Shown: positions 16,431-24,714 of the stretch, piece after piece
Layout of the letters: each line of letters starts with the position of its first letter
Numbering within the stretch: position 1 is the first letter of the stretch
Source: Copranaerobaculum intestinale
Lineage (GTDB): Bacteria > Bacillota_I > Bacilli_A > Erysipelotrichales > Erysipelotrichaceae
Direction: 5' to 3'
NCBI RefSeq assembly: GCF_009831105.1
Contig: NZ_WUUQ01000008.1
Coordinates: 1 to 32,000, forward strand
Length of the DNA stretch: 32,000 bases
Notes under the pieces: model-generated
Databases searched by the model: none
What the model was told of the DNA's origin: nothing
Seen by the model: the letters and a program-made list of their open reading frames with translations, nothing else
Program-made: the position numbers and the translations under genes

Positions 16431-16467
16431 ATATTTGTAAACAGAACAATGTTACATGAGGTGGCAT

Positions 16468-17103
16468 ATGGAAATATCAAAAAAAGAGCTATTACAGATG
16501 ACAGGAATCTCTTATGGACAGCTGTATCGCTGGAAGCGTGAGAAATTGATTCCGGAAGAATGGTTTCATAAACAGTCTTCCTATACCGGACAGGAAACGT
16601 TTTTTCCTAAAGAAAAAATACTCAGCAGGATCGAACGTATTCAGCAGCTGAAGGATCAATACTCATTGGAAGAAATGGCCAGGATGCTGTCGCCGGAAGC
16701 AAGTGAACGGCTGTTTCATGAAGAAGATCTGGAGGTCTTCAATGAGATCGATGTTGAATTGACGGCAACCCTAATGGACGCCTTTTCAAAAGATGAGTTT
16801 ACCTTTGTGGAAATTCTGCTGATGATCGCACTGTCGATGATCCGTCAGGAATTCTCGTTAGCGGATGATCAGGTGCATGAAATGGTTGAAAATATTTTGC
16901 CGGCGCTGCAGGAGATTCATACCAGTGATTACGATGTATACATGTATGAGATTCAGGGCGCTCACTGTATCCTTATGGTGAAGGAGGGGACGGTTTTGTA
17001 TCTGGACGGACGCATGAAGGTGTTGAAGCGAATCAGATTGACTGAGCTGTCTGATACAATACGTACAAAATATCAAAGTCAATTCCACTTTGTGCTGGAC
17101 TAG
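16468..17103 (+). CDS. yhbD: DUF4004 (YhbD-like, MerR-type N-terminal HTH) protein
   Basis: LLQMTGISYGQLYRWKREKLIPEEWFHKQSSYTGQETFFPKEKIL is the DUF4004/YhbD signature as I recall it. ATG at 16468 with GAGGTGG at 16458-16464. The track start at 16456 is less likely. Confidence 0.8.
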   Translation: MEISKKELLQMTGISYGQLYRWKREKLIPEEWFHKQSSYTGQETFFPKEKILSRIERIQQLKDQYSLEEMARMLSPEASERLFHEEDLEVFNEIDVELTATLMDAFSKDEFTFVEILLMIALSMIRQEFSLADDQVHEMVENILPALQEIHTSDYDVYMYEIQGAHCILMVKEGTVLYLDGRMKVLKRIRLTELSDTIRTKYQSQFHFVLD

Positions 17104-17112
17104 GAGGATGTT

Positions 17113-17748
17113 ATGATGGATTACAGAAAAATGGAAATCAACGGAGCCGGCAGTGTAACCGGCGGAGAGTATGATCGGATCGAAATTAACGGTTCCGGTA
17201 AAATCAAGGGCGATGTGAAATTTGATTACGGAGAAATCAACGGCACCTGTAAATGTTTAGGAAAAATGAATGGGCGCATCCTTGAAGTGAATGGCAGTCT
17301 GAAAGTTGAAAACGATATTAAAATAGGGAAATTGGAAGTTAACGGCATCTATACATCCTTGAAGAATAAAGTATACGCAGATCGCATCAGTGTTTCCGGA
17401 TGGATGAAAACCGAGGGAGAAATCAGTGCTGATTACATCGAGGTTGATGGCCGTATCTCTGCGGAAAGCATTGTCGGTGATGTTATCAAAATCCATAATT
17501 TACGCGGTATCAGTATTTTGGGGTTCAATTTATTCTCAAGCCCGATACCAAATCAAAGCTGTGCAGATAATATCGAATGTACATCCTTTCAGGCGGAGCA
17601 TATCTGCTGCAAACGGATCGAAGCTCAAAATATCAAGCTGTCGCGCAAGTGCGATGTTGAAGAAGTGTACTGCGATGGAACACTGCGCTATGATGCGTCT
17701 TGCCGCATTGGTAAAATCAACGGGGACTGTACGATCATCAATGACTGA
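17113..17748 (+). CDS. Bactofilin-like polymer-forming cytoskeletal protein (YhbE/YhbF = BacE/BacF-like) with a Cys-rich C-terminal extension
   Basis: Beta-helical repeats (EINGAGSV, EINGSGKI, EINGTCKC, EVNGSLKV, EVNGIYTS, EVDGRISA). GGAGG at 17103-17107. Gene order after the yhbD-like gene matches the B. subtilis yhbDEF locus. Confidence 0.8.
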   Translation: MMDYRKMEINGAGSVTGGEYDRIEINGSGKIKGDVKFDYGEINGTCKCLGKMNGRILEVNGSLKVENDIKIGKLEVNGIYTSLKNKVYADRISVSGWMKTEGEISADYIEVDGRISAESIVGDVIKIHNLRGISILGFNLFSSPIPNQSCADNIECTSFQAEHICCKRIEAQNIKLSRKCDVEEVYCDGTLRYDASCRIGKINGDCTIIND

Positions 17749-17773
17749 AATAAGGGGAAACCCTTATTTTTTT
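17749..17773 (+). terminator. Rho-independent terminator
   Basis: AATAAGGG (17749-17756), GAAA loop, CCCTTATT (17761-17768), TTTTT. Confidence 0.65.
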
Positions 17774-17830
17774 AAAAACAGAGAATACAATTAAAATGAT
17801 CAAAAATGACCTTTTCAAACAAAAGGTTTA

Positions 17831-17839
17831 TGCTATAAT
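17831..17839 (+). promoter_or_regulatory. Extended -10 element (TGCTATAAT) upstream of the YitT-family gene
   Basis: TGnTATAAT lies 29 nt upstream of the preferred ATG at 17868. I found no good -35. Confidence 0.35.
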
Positions 17840-17867
17840 TACTCGCGTACGAAAAGGAGGCGATGTT

Positions 17868-18743
17868 ATGCCGCTTAAAAAAATTGATGAGTTAAGTGAA
17901 TATGCAATGATCATCTTCGGTGCATTTTTATTTGCACTGGCCTGTAATGCGTTTATCATTCCTTTAGACCTGTATAACGGCGGGGCGATGGGTATTGCCC
18001 AGCTTTTGCGTACCATGATCATGAGCGGTGTAGGTACCAATGCCTTCGGCGGAATGGATATTACCGGACTGCTGAACTTAGCCTTGAATGTGCCGCTGTT
18101 AATTATCGCTTATCGCAGCATCTCTCGTAAGTTCTTTGTCAAAACAATTCTATGTGTAATTTGTCAGACCGTATTTTTGACGCTGATCCCCATACCTGTC
18201 ACACCGATCCTTACAGATCTGCTGGCTGCCTGCTTGATCGGCGGCATCATTGCCGGAGTTGGTATCGGATTGACACTGCGGGCCGGCGGAAGCAGCGGAG
18301 GGGTGGATATTCTCGGCGTTCTGTTCACCTTGCGCTATTCATCCTTCAGTGTCGGCAAGCTCGGTATCATTGTGAATGCCTTTGTCTATCTGGTGTGTGC
18401 GATGATGTTTGAGCTTCCGGTTGCAATTTATTCCATTATCTATACGGCATGCATGTCGCTGGTCGTAGATAAGATCCATTATCAGAATATCAATATGACT
18501 GCTATGATCTTTACCAAGAAACCAAACGTGGATAAGGAGCTGATGCGGGAATTGAACCGCGGCGTCACCTACTGGCAGGGCAGCGGATCCTATACCGATG
18601 AGGATACCTTTATCATCGTTACCGTAGTATCCAAATATGAAGAAGCAAAATTGAAACGGCTGATGCATGGACTTGATCCGCAGGCATTTATTATCTTCAA
18701 CGAAGGCTTGAGTGTCAGCGGAAACTTTCAAAAGCGATTATAA
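17868..18743 (+). CDS. YitT-family membrane protein (DUF2179 C-terminal domain)
   Basis: Motifs YNGGAMGIAQLL and GGSSGGVDILG, with a C-terminal soluble domain. ATG at 17868 with AAAGGAGG at 17853-17860. The track start at 17796 lies upstream of the promoter-like element. Confidence 0.9.
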   Translation: MPLKKIDELSEYAMIIFGAFLFALACNAFIIPLDLYNGGAMGIAQLLRTMIMSGVGTNAFGGMDITGLLNLALNVPLLIIAYRSISRKFFVKTILCVICQTVFLTLIPIPVTPILTDLLAACLIGGIIAGVGIGLTLRAGGSSGGVDILGVLFTLRYSSFSVGKLGIIVNAFVYLVCAMMFELPVAIYSIIYTACMSLVVDKIHYQNINMTAMIFTKKPNVDKELMRELNRGVTYWQGSGSYTDEDTFIIVTVVSKYEEAKLKRLMHGLDPQAFIIFNEGLSVSGNFQKRL

Positions 18744-18744
18744 A

Positions 18745-18773
18745 AAGGCAGGATTCATCATATCCTGCCTTTA
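18745..18773. terminator. Bidirectional hairpin terminator between the convergent yitT-like and coaX genes
   Basis: GGCAGGAT (18747-18754), 7-nt loop, ATCCTGCC (18762-18769), flanked by an A-run and a T-run. Confidence 0.6.
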
Positions 18774-19547
18774 ATGTTCCAAACCTTTATATTTTTCGTA
18801 AATGATCTTTAATCCCTTAAAGGTTAAATCCGGATCATAAATATCGATCATGCTTGTTTCGTTACAGATGATCCTTCCCAGTCCCCCGGTTGCGATAACC
18901 TTCATATCCACCTTCAGTGCTTCCTTGAATTTACGGATAATGTATTCACTTTGACCGACATAACCATAGACAAGGCCTGCCTGCATGGAAGTTACGGTAT
19001 TCTTTGCCAGAATAGATGTCGGCTTTTTAATTTCAATTTCCTGCAGTTTAGCTGCCTGCGTCCATAATGCTTGGGCACTGATTTCAATTCCAGGGGCGAT
19101 AACACCATACTGGAACGTTGTATCCGCAGCGATAAAGTCATAGGTGGTTGCGGTACCAAAGTCAATAATCAGAACCGGCCCGCCATACGTGTAGTAAGCT
19201 CCTGCCGCATCTACGATACGGTCTGCTCCCAGTGAACGCGGTGAATCAGTCTGTATCGAAATACCAGTACGAATACCGGGCCCGATGATGATTGGTTCCT
19301 TATCCAAATATTTGCGGATACCGTTATTGAAAGAGTGCATGACCTTAGGTACGACACTGGATATGATTACATCCTCGATGAATTCCTTGATCACATTATG
19401 CACGGTCATGAAGGTTAACAGAGCCATGCCGTATTCATCGCTGGTGCGTTTAGCCTTGGTATTCAGGCGGTAATTACCAATCAGGTTTTCTTTGTCGTAG
19501 ATACCCATGGTGATATTGGTGTTGCCGATGTCGATTACTAATAACAT
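18771..19547 (-). CDS. coaX: Type III pantothenate kinase
   Basis: 258 aa. MLLVIDIGNTNITMGIY N-terminus, ADRIVDAAGA, IDFGTATTYD, ATGGL. Confidence 0.93.
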   Translation of the reverse strand: MLLVIDIGNTNITMGIYDKENLIGNYRLNTKAKRTSDEYGMALLTFMTVHNVIKEFIEDVIISSVVPKVMHSFNNGIRKYLDKEPIIIGPGIRTGISIQTDSPRSLGADRIVDAAGAYYTYGGPVLIIDFGTATTYDFIAADTTFQYGVIAPGIEISAQALWTQAAKLQEIEIKKPTSILAKNTVTSMQAGLVYGYVGQSEYIIRKFKEALKVDMKVIATGGLGRIICNETSMIDIYDPDLTFKGLKIIYEKYKGLEH

Positions 19548-19552
19548 ATAGG

Positions 19553-20752
19553 TTACCTCGTTGATTTCTGTGATATGCGATATAGACGCTTTAAAATTTC
19601 TTCAGCCACCGCATCCTTTGACATCAGTGGCAATTCCTCATACCCCTCAGGAGTTATCAGGGTCATAATATTCGTGTCGGACTGAAATCCCGCTCCCGGT
19701 GTCAGCAGATGATTGGCAGCCAGCATGTCGCAATGTTTTTTCTCGCATTTCGCGGCGGCATTTTCCAGCAGGTGTTCGGTTTCCATTGCGAATCCGCAAA
19801 GTATCTGATGATTTTCTTTATGTTCACCGAGCCATGCCAGAATATCCGGATTCTTAATCAGCTCCAGCTGCATCTTCTGATCCCGTTTTTTGATTTTTTG
19901 ATCGGCTATCTTGACGCTGGCGTAATCCGCGACCGCTGCGGCCATGAGGATCATATCCTGGTCTTGATAGCATGTCTGCACTTCTTTCAGTAATTCTTTT
20001 GCGCTGTGAATGAATATTTTATGAACATCAAACGGTGGAGTGAGGGAGACCGGACCGCTGATCAGAGTAACCTCAGCGCCGGCCCGCTTTGCCATTTTGG
20101 CGAGCGCGTAGCCCATTTTCCCACTGGAGTGATTGGTGATAAAACGTACCGGATCGATTGCTTCCTCAGTAGGTCCGGCCGTTATCAGCACTTTTTTGCC
20201 TTTTAGGTAATGATCAGAATATAAAGCATCTTCAATAGCTTCTATAATTTGGTTCAGATCAGCCAGCTTGCCTTTGCCTACATCACCGCAGGCAAGTCTT
20301 CCTTCATTTGGTTCGACCAGTTTCATGCCATAGCTGCGGCAGATTTCAAGATTCTTTTGGGTGATCGGATTTTCATACATGTGCGTATTCATTGCCGGGC
20401 AGATGATTTTCGGACAGTCTGCCGCCAAAAAGGTAGTAGTCAGCATATCATCGGCAAGTCCGTGTGCTACTTTCGCAATCAGATTGGCAGTGGCCGGCAC
20501 AAGCACAAATACATCGGCCTTTCGTGCCAGTGCGATATGATGAACCTCCCGCATCGCCGGGGCAAATGTGTCGACGCTCACGTTATGATTGGTTAAAGCT
20601 TCAAAACTGAGCGGGGCAATGAAGGCGGTGGCATTCTTAGTCATAATGACTTCCACATCATAGCCAAGCTTAATTAAATCACTGGTCAGCTGCACGCTTT
20701 TGAAAGCCGCAACGCTGCTGGATACTCCTAATACTACTGTTTGTTTTGCCAT
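19553..20752 (-). CDS. coaBC: Bifunctional phosphopantothenoylcysteine decarboxylase / phosphopantothenate-cysteine ligase
   Basis: 399 aa. N-terminal flavoprotein domain (VVLGVSSSVAAFK, PAMNTHMYENP) and C-terminal ligase domain (ITAGPTEEAIDPVRFITNHSSGKMG, AAAVADY). Confidence 0.93.
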   Translation of the reverse strand: MAKQTVVLGVSSSVAAFKSVQLTSDLIKLGYDVEVIMTKNATAFIAPLSFEALTNHNVSVDTFAPAMREVHHIALARKADVFVLVPATANLIAKVAHGLADDMLTTTFLAADCPKIICPAMNTHMYENPITQKNLEICRSYGMKLVEPNEGRLACGDVGKGKLADLNQIIEAIEDALYSDHYLKGKKVLITAGPTEEAIDPVRFITNHSSGKMGYALAKMAKRAGAEVTLISGPVSLTPPFDVHKIFIHSAKELLKEVQTCYQDQDMILMAAAVADYASVKIADQKIKKRDQKMQLELIKNPDILAWLGEHKENHQILCGFAMETEHLLENAAAKCEKKHCDMLAANHLLTPGAGFQSDTNIMTLITPEGYEELPLMSKDAVAEEILKRLYRISQKSTR

Positions 20753-20760
20753 AGATTACC

Positions 20761-21387
20761 TCACACAGAGCATTTCTTTATGATCGGGTGAATCGCCCGG
20801 ATAACAACCATTACGATGAGTACGCCGCCGATGGCTTCCACAATTCCGTTGGTTGTAATAATTCCCATGATAGCAGTTATTAAAACATCATAGCTGATAT
20901 TGGTTGCGGCCGCATAGCTTTTTCCGAAGAAGAGATAGATACCCAGCATCACCAGTACCGTATTGGTCAGTGATCCGACAAACGCTGAAGCAGCCACGGC
21001 AGCATCCTGATTGCGAATCATCTTTTTCATTTGCTGATACACCAAAGCTGCGAACACGCCGATCAGTATACGCGGTACCATGGCAATTATTACACTGTTG
21101 AAATTGCCGCTGAACGCGCCTACAGAATAGAACGGAGAGAATACAAAGGATGTCGGGGTCGGTGAGATCGTACCGATGATGATACTGCAAATACCGAAGA
21201 CGGCTCCCATCGCAGCACCACCCTTGACACCCAATACAATCCCGGCAATGATCACAGGGATATGCATGGTCGTCATGCGTACCGGCCCGATCGGGATGAA
21301 CCCCAGCGGGGTAAACATCAGCACGAGCTGTACTGCCAGCAGCATTGCTAAAACTGCCATTCGAAAAACCTGATTCTTTTTTTTCAT
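20761..21387 (-). CDS. panT: ECF transporter S component, probably pantothenate-specific (PanT-like) by operon context
   Basis: All-membrane protein of about 208 aa immediately upstream of coaBC-coaX. I prefer the ATG at 21387 (MKKKNQ) with GGAGG at 21393-21397. The track GTG at 21405 lies upstream of that RBS. Confidence 0.78.
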   Translation of the reverse strand: MKKKNQVFRMAVLAMLLAVQLVLMFTPLGFIPIGPVRMTTMHIPVIIAGIVLGVKGGAAMGAVFGICSIIIGTISPTPTSFVFSPFYSVGAFSGNFNSVIIAMVPRILIGVFAALVYQQMKKMIRNQDAAVAASAFVGSLTNTVLVMLGIYLFFGKSYAAATNISYDVLITAIMGIITTNGIVEAIGGVLIVMVVIRAIHPIIKKCSV

Positions 21388-21514
21388 TTTTTCCTCCACT
21401 GTCACTCTTACATAAGATGCAACGTATTGAAACGATGTCTATGCCCGGGCTTAGATACAATGGCTCGCTGTCGATCGATCAGCGGCGCTTCTAAGCGACC
21501 TGTAGACTTGAATA

Positions 21515-21543
21515 ATTATATACCTTTTCTGTTACTTAGACAA
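21515..21543 (-). promoter_or_regulatory. Candidate promoter of the panT-coaBC-coaX operon
   Basis: On the minus strand: TTGTCT (21543-21538), 17-nt spacer, TATAAT (21520-21515). This predicts a leader of about 120 nt. Confidence 0.4.
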
Positions 21544-21617
21544 TAAATTTTTACCAGTTTGAGGAAGCTCGTGAAACTTTGAACAAGTATAAAACCGCCA
21601 TTGTATTTAGAATAGCG

Positions 21618-21626
21618 TGCTATAAT
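21618..21626 (+). promoter_or_regulatory. Extended -10 element (TGCTATAAT) upstream of nnr
   Basis: TGnTATAAT at 21618-21626, about 20 nt upstream of the ATG at 21647. Confidence 0.4.
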
Positions 21627-21646
21627 AAGGGCAGAAGGTGATAAAT

Positions 21647-23164
21647 ATGATCTGTTTACTGGCTGCTCAGCTGCATCAATTGGATCAGCGATCAATGATG
21701 CACGGCATATCCACAATCGAGCTTATGGGAAATGCCGCCAAGGGCATTTACGAGGTCATGCGGGATAAGCATTTGATGAAGCGGGTGATGATCATTTGCG
21801 GAGCCGGTAATAACGGCGGGGATGGACTTGCGCTGGCGGCGCTGTATCATGAATCCTTTGAACAGGTGAGGGTACTGTATGTAGCCAAGCAAGCGCCGAT
21901 CAGCGAAGCCGCACGATATTATTACAAGCTTTGTGAGAATCAGAATCTGTTGATTCACGGCGGTGCTGATGTCGTACGGCACTTACAGCAGGATTATGAT
22001 GTCATCATTGACGGGCTATTCGGCATCGGCTTATCGAGAGATGTTGATGAGCCCTATGCGTCAGTGATTGAGGCCGTTAATCGAAGCCCTCAAACCATAT
22101 TGGCAATCGATCTGCCTAGCGGTATTAACAGTGATGACGGAAAAGTAAAAGGCAGTGCTGTCAAGGCAGATCTGACCGTGACGTTTGTTGCATCAAAACC
22201 CGGTCATTGGCTGTATCCCGGTTACCTATACAGCAAAGAAGTGTTGGTAAAGGAAATCGGAATACCGCGCTCATGGATAGAAGCGGTATGTCCGGCATTA
22301 CATGTGATTGATGAGGCAGATCTGAAGAAACTGCTGCCGATCCGTCATTCACATTCCCACAAGGGAAGCTATGGCAAGCTGCTGGGTATCGGCGGCAGTC
22401 AGGAAATGACCGGAGCGATTCTCATGGCGGGGGAAGCCGCAATAAGAAGCGGCTGCGGAATGTGTACTTTAGCAGTTCCTGAGCATATGCAGCCAAGTGT
22501 ACCGCTGTATCTTCCAGAATTTATGAGCATTGGACTGCCCCAGGAGGGCATGACAATATCTAAAGCAGCGGCCCAATACTTACAGCCTCGTCTGGCTGCT
22601 TATGATGTGATCTTCTGCGGCTGCGGCGGCGGACGAAGTGACAGCTACACCGATTTGGTACGTATTGTGCTGGATAGTAAAATGGCTTGTGTTATCGATG
22701 GTGACGGAATTTACGCTTTACAGTATTTGCGGGAAGAATTGTTGATGCGTGATCAAATTGTGGTAACCCCGCATGTCAAAGAAATGACTTATTTAATCGA
22801 TCAAAGCATAGATGAAATAATTGAAGATCCATTGCATGCAGCCGATTGTTTTTGTGAACGGTATCCAAACGCGGTTTTGGTATTGAAGAGTGAACGTCCG
22901 CTGATTGCCTATAAACAGGAACGTTATTTATGTGCTTGGGGAAATCATGCATTAGCCAAGGGTGGAAGCGGTGATGTGCTGTGCGGGTTGATTGCTTCCT
23001 TTATCGGACAGGGACTGGATCCATTTCATGCGGCGATACTCGGATGCGGCATCCATGCCTATACAGCTCACCTGATAATTCAGGACTGTAATGCTCGATC
23101 AGTCCTGCCTCATGAAATCAGCGCTTATCTGAAATATTCCTTCACATCGTTAGAAACAGGATAA
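21647..23164 (+). CDS. nnr: Bifunctional NAD(P)H-hydrate repair enzyme (epimerase + ADP-dependent dehydratase)
   Basis: YjeF_N domain (ICGAGNNGGDG) plus a C-terminal carbohydrate-kinase domain (HKGSYGKLLGIGGS, GGSGDVLCG). ATG at 21647 with GAAGGTG at 21634-21640. The track GTG at 21638 lies within the RBS. Confidence 0.9.
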   Translation: MICLLAAQLHQLDQRSMMHGISTIELMGNAAKGIYEVMRDKHLMKRVMIICGAGNNGGDGLALAALYHESFEQVRVLYVAKQAPISEAARYYYKLCENQNLLIHGGADVVRHLQQDYDVIIDGLFGIGLSRDVDEPYASVIEAVNRSPQTILAIDLPSGINSDDGKVKGSAVKADLTVTFVASKPGHWLYPGYLYSKEVLVKEIGIPRSWIEAVCPALHVIDEADLKKLLPIRHSHSHKGSYGKLLGIGGSQEMTGAILMAGEAAIRSGCGMCTLAVPEHMQPSVPLYLPEFMSIGLPQEGMTISKAAAQYLQPRLAAYDVIFCGCGGGRSDSYTDLVRIVLDSKMACVIDGDGIYALQYLREELLMRDQIVVTPHVKEMTYLIDQSIDEIIEDPLHAADCFCERYPNAVLVLKSERPLIAYKQERYLCAWGNHALAKGGSGDVLCGLIASFIGQGLDPFHAAILGCGIHAYTAHLIIQDCNARSVLPHEISAYLKYSFTSLETG

Positions 23165-23328
23165 GGCATTCATCAATCGGTAAGCATCTGGCTTTGTGAA
23201 ATATACTATTACGAAGAATGTGTTATTGTCCGGAATCATTCATCATTTAAAAGCCTTCTGTGAGCGATTAGCATATCTCATTACATGATCTATGTTTTAT
23301 GTATGATCAAGCCGGAAGGTATAAAAAA

Positions 23329-23351
23329 AGGAGTGCTGAACACTCCTTTTT
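23329..23351 (-). terminator. Rho-independent terminator of the NlpC/P60 gene
   Basis: AGGAGTG (23329-23335), CTGAA loop, CACTCCT (23341-23347). The flanking A-run and T-run give a U-tail on the minus strand, 9 nt after the stop. Confidence 0.7.
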
Positions 23352-23359
23352 ACGTTTTA

Positions 23360-24502
23360 CTATTTTCCTACTCGGATAAATACTGGACCAGAGCCAACAT
23401 ATGCTGAAGCGATGACTGTCTGATTACCCTGCCATCCGCCGTGAACAGCCTGACCGTTGCCGATATAAACTGCAACGTGTGCAACACCTAATCCACCATC
23501 TGCATAGTAGATAATGTCACCAGCCTGAGCCTGAGATGCACTGACGATAGTTCCCAGTGACAGGTAGCCTGCAGGATATGCATGGAAATAAATACCCTGA
23601 GAAGCCAATGCGTTTGATACTAATGCAGTACAATCCTGATATCTGCCTAATTGGGCAAGTGCTGCACCTGCGATTCCTCCGCCGTAAGCGCTGGAACCAA
23701 CATTGGAACTGCCGCTGTACTGACCATTGAGACCGGAAGCAGTCGCTGTTTCTTCAGGTTCTTCTTCCTCTTCTTCTTTAACGGTCACAAACAGCTGGGC
23801 AGATGCTTCATTGCCGTTTTTATCAACTGCTTTGAAGGTTACCGCATAGTTGCCGGCATTTTCTGTATCTACATTACTGTCAATCGTATAATCCAGATCG
23901 CCATCGATAATATCATATACGCGGGTTACATAATCTTTTGCATTGAAGCTGTCACCTACTGTGATCTCATCGTTCGTTTTCTTTAATTCGATGATTGGTG
24001 CAGAATCGTCAGATACGTGCAATTTGAATTTGTATGTACTGATAACACCAGTGTTGTCATTTTCTTCCTGGACATTGCTGTCTACTGCATTCAGCTTGTA
24101 CTGATCGGAAATATTGGAACTGCTGGTTTTCTGAATGTTCACAAATACATCCTGATCACCGGCGATCGTTGCATCATAGTTCTCCAACTGTACATCATAG
24201 TTTCCAATTAAGTAGCGAACCGTATTCGGATCGTTTGATTCTACTTTAACCGGCATTGCAGTAATGGATACACCATCTTTATAAATGTGATTGACGATCT
24301 TGTTAATCACATGGTCATCTCCAACGTTGATATTGATTGTATCCTTGTTAAAGGACTTCACCTCTTCTTTAATAGGTGTGATTCCCTTAGAAGGAACATT
24401 GCTTTCTGCTTTATCGGTAAATCCTGCTGCGAAGACAGATGCCATCAGTGCAGGAACCACAAGCAGCGCTTTATAGTTCTTAGCTTCGTTTTTTACGCTC
24501 AT
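23360..24502 (-). CDS. Secreted NlpC/P60 (C40) cell-wall hydrolase with an Ig-like (DUF5011-type) domain
   Basis: N-terminal signal-like helix (ALLVVPALMASVFA). Ig-like segment APIIELKKTNDEITVGDSF...YAVTFKAVDKNGNEASA. A poly-Glu linker. C-terminal catalytic domain (DCTALVSNAL ... GDIIYY ... HVAVYIGNGQAVHGG). Confidence 0.88.
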   Translation of the reverse strand: MSVKNEAKNYKALLVVPALMASVFAAGFTDKAESNVPSKGITPIKEEVKSFNKDTININVGDDHVINKIVNHIYKDGVSITAMPVKVESNDPNTVRYLIGNYDVQLENYDATIAGDQDVFVNIQKTSSSNISDQYKLNAVDSNVQEENDNTGVISTYKFKLHVSDDSAPIIELKKTNDEITVGDSFNAKDYVTRVYDIIDGDLDYTIDSNVDTENAGNYAVTFKAVDKNGNEASAQLFVTVKEEEEEEPEETATASGLNGQYSGSSNVGSSAYGGGIAGAALAQLGRYQDCTALVSNALASQGIYFHAYPAGYLSLGTIVSASQAQAGDIIYYADGGLGVAHVAVYIGNGQAVHGGWQGNQTVIASAYVGSGPVFIRVGK

Positions 24503-24714
24503 TCCAGAACCTCCTTATCACGACCTCCACATTTTATCTTAATTTTTATTTTTTGTAAACCTTTGGGGTAAAAGGTTTATGATTGTGTTTTGTATCCTGA
24601 TACTTGCTTATAAATTCACAATATCAGAAAACCGTATAAACTAAAGGCTTATTTAGGTTTGGCGAAAGAATAACAAAAGAAATTTTAAAGATTATGTTAA
24701 ATTGTGGGATTCTG

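Noticed and set aside
17426-18731. ORFs 17426-17794 (+), 18152-18412 (+) and 18339-18731 (-)
   Set aside because: They overlap the bactofilin and YitT-family genes in other frames or on the other strand, and have no independent signals.
20888-21460. 190-aa minus-strand ORF in an alternative frame over panT
   Set aside because: It overlaps the membrane-protein frame, which has clear ECF S-component character and a proper RBS. The alternative frame is Arg/Cys/Gly-rich and has no support.
24557-24578. Hairpin AAACCTTT-GGGGTA-AAAGGTTT between hflX and the NlpC/P60 gene as a terminator
   Set aside because: There is no U-tail on the minus strand, where both neighbouring genes are transcribed. It lies 135 nt from the hflX stop. 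Its significance is unclear.
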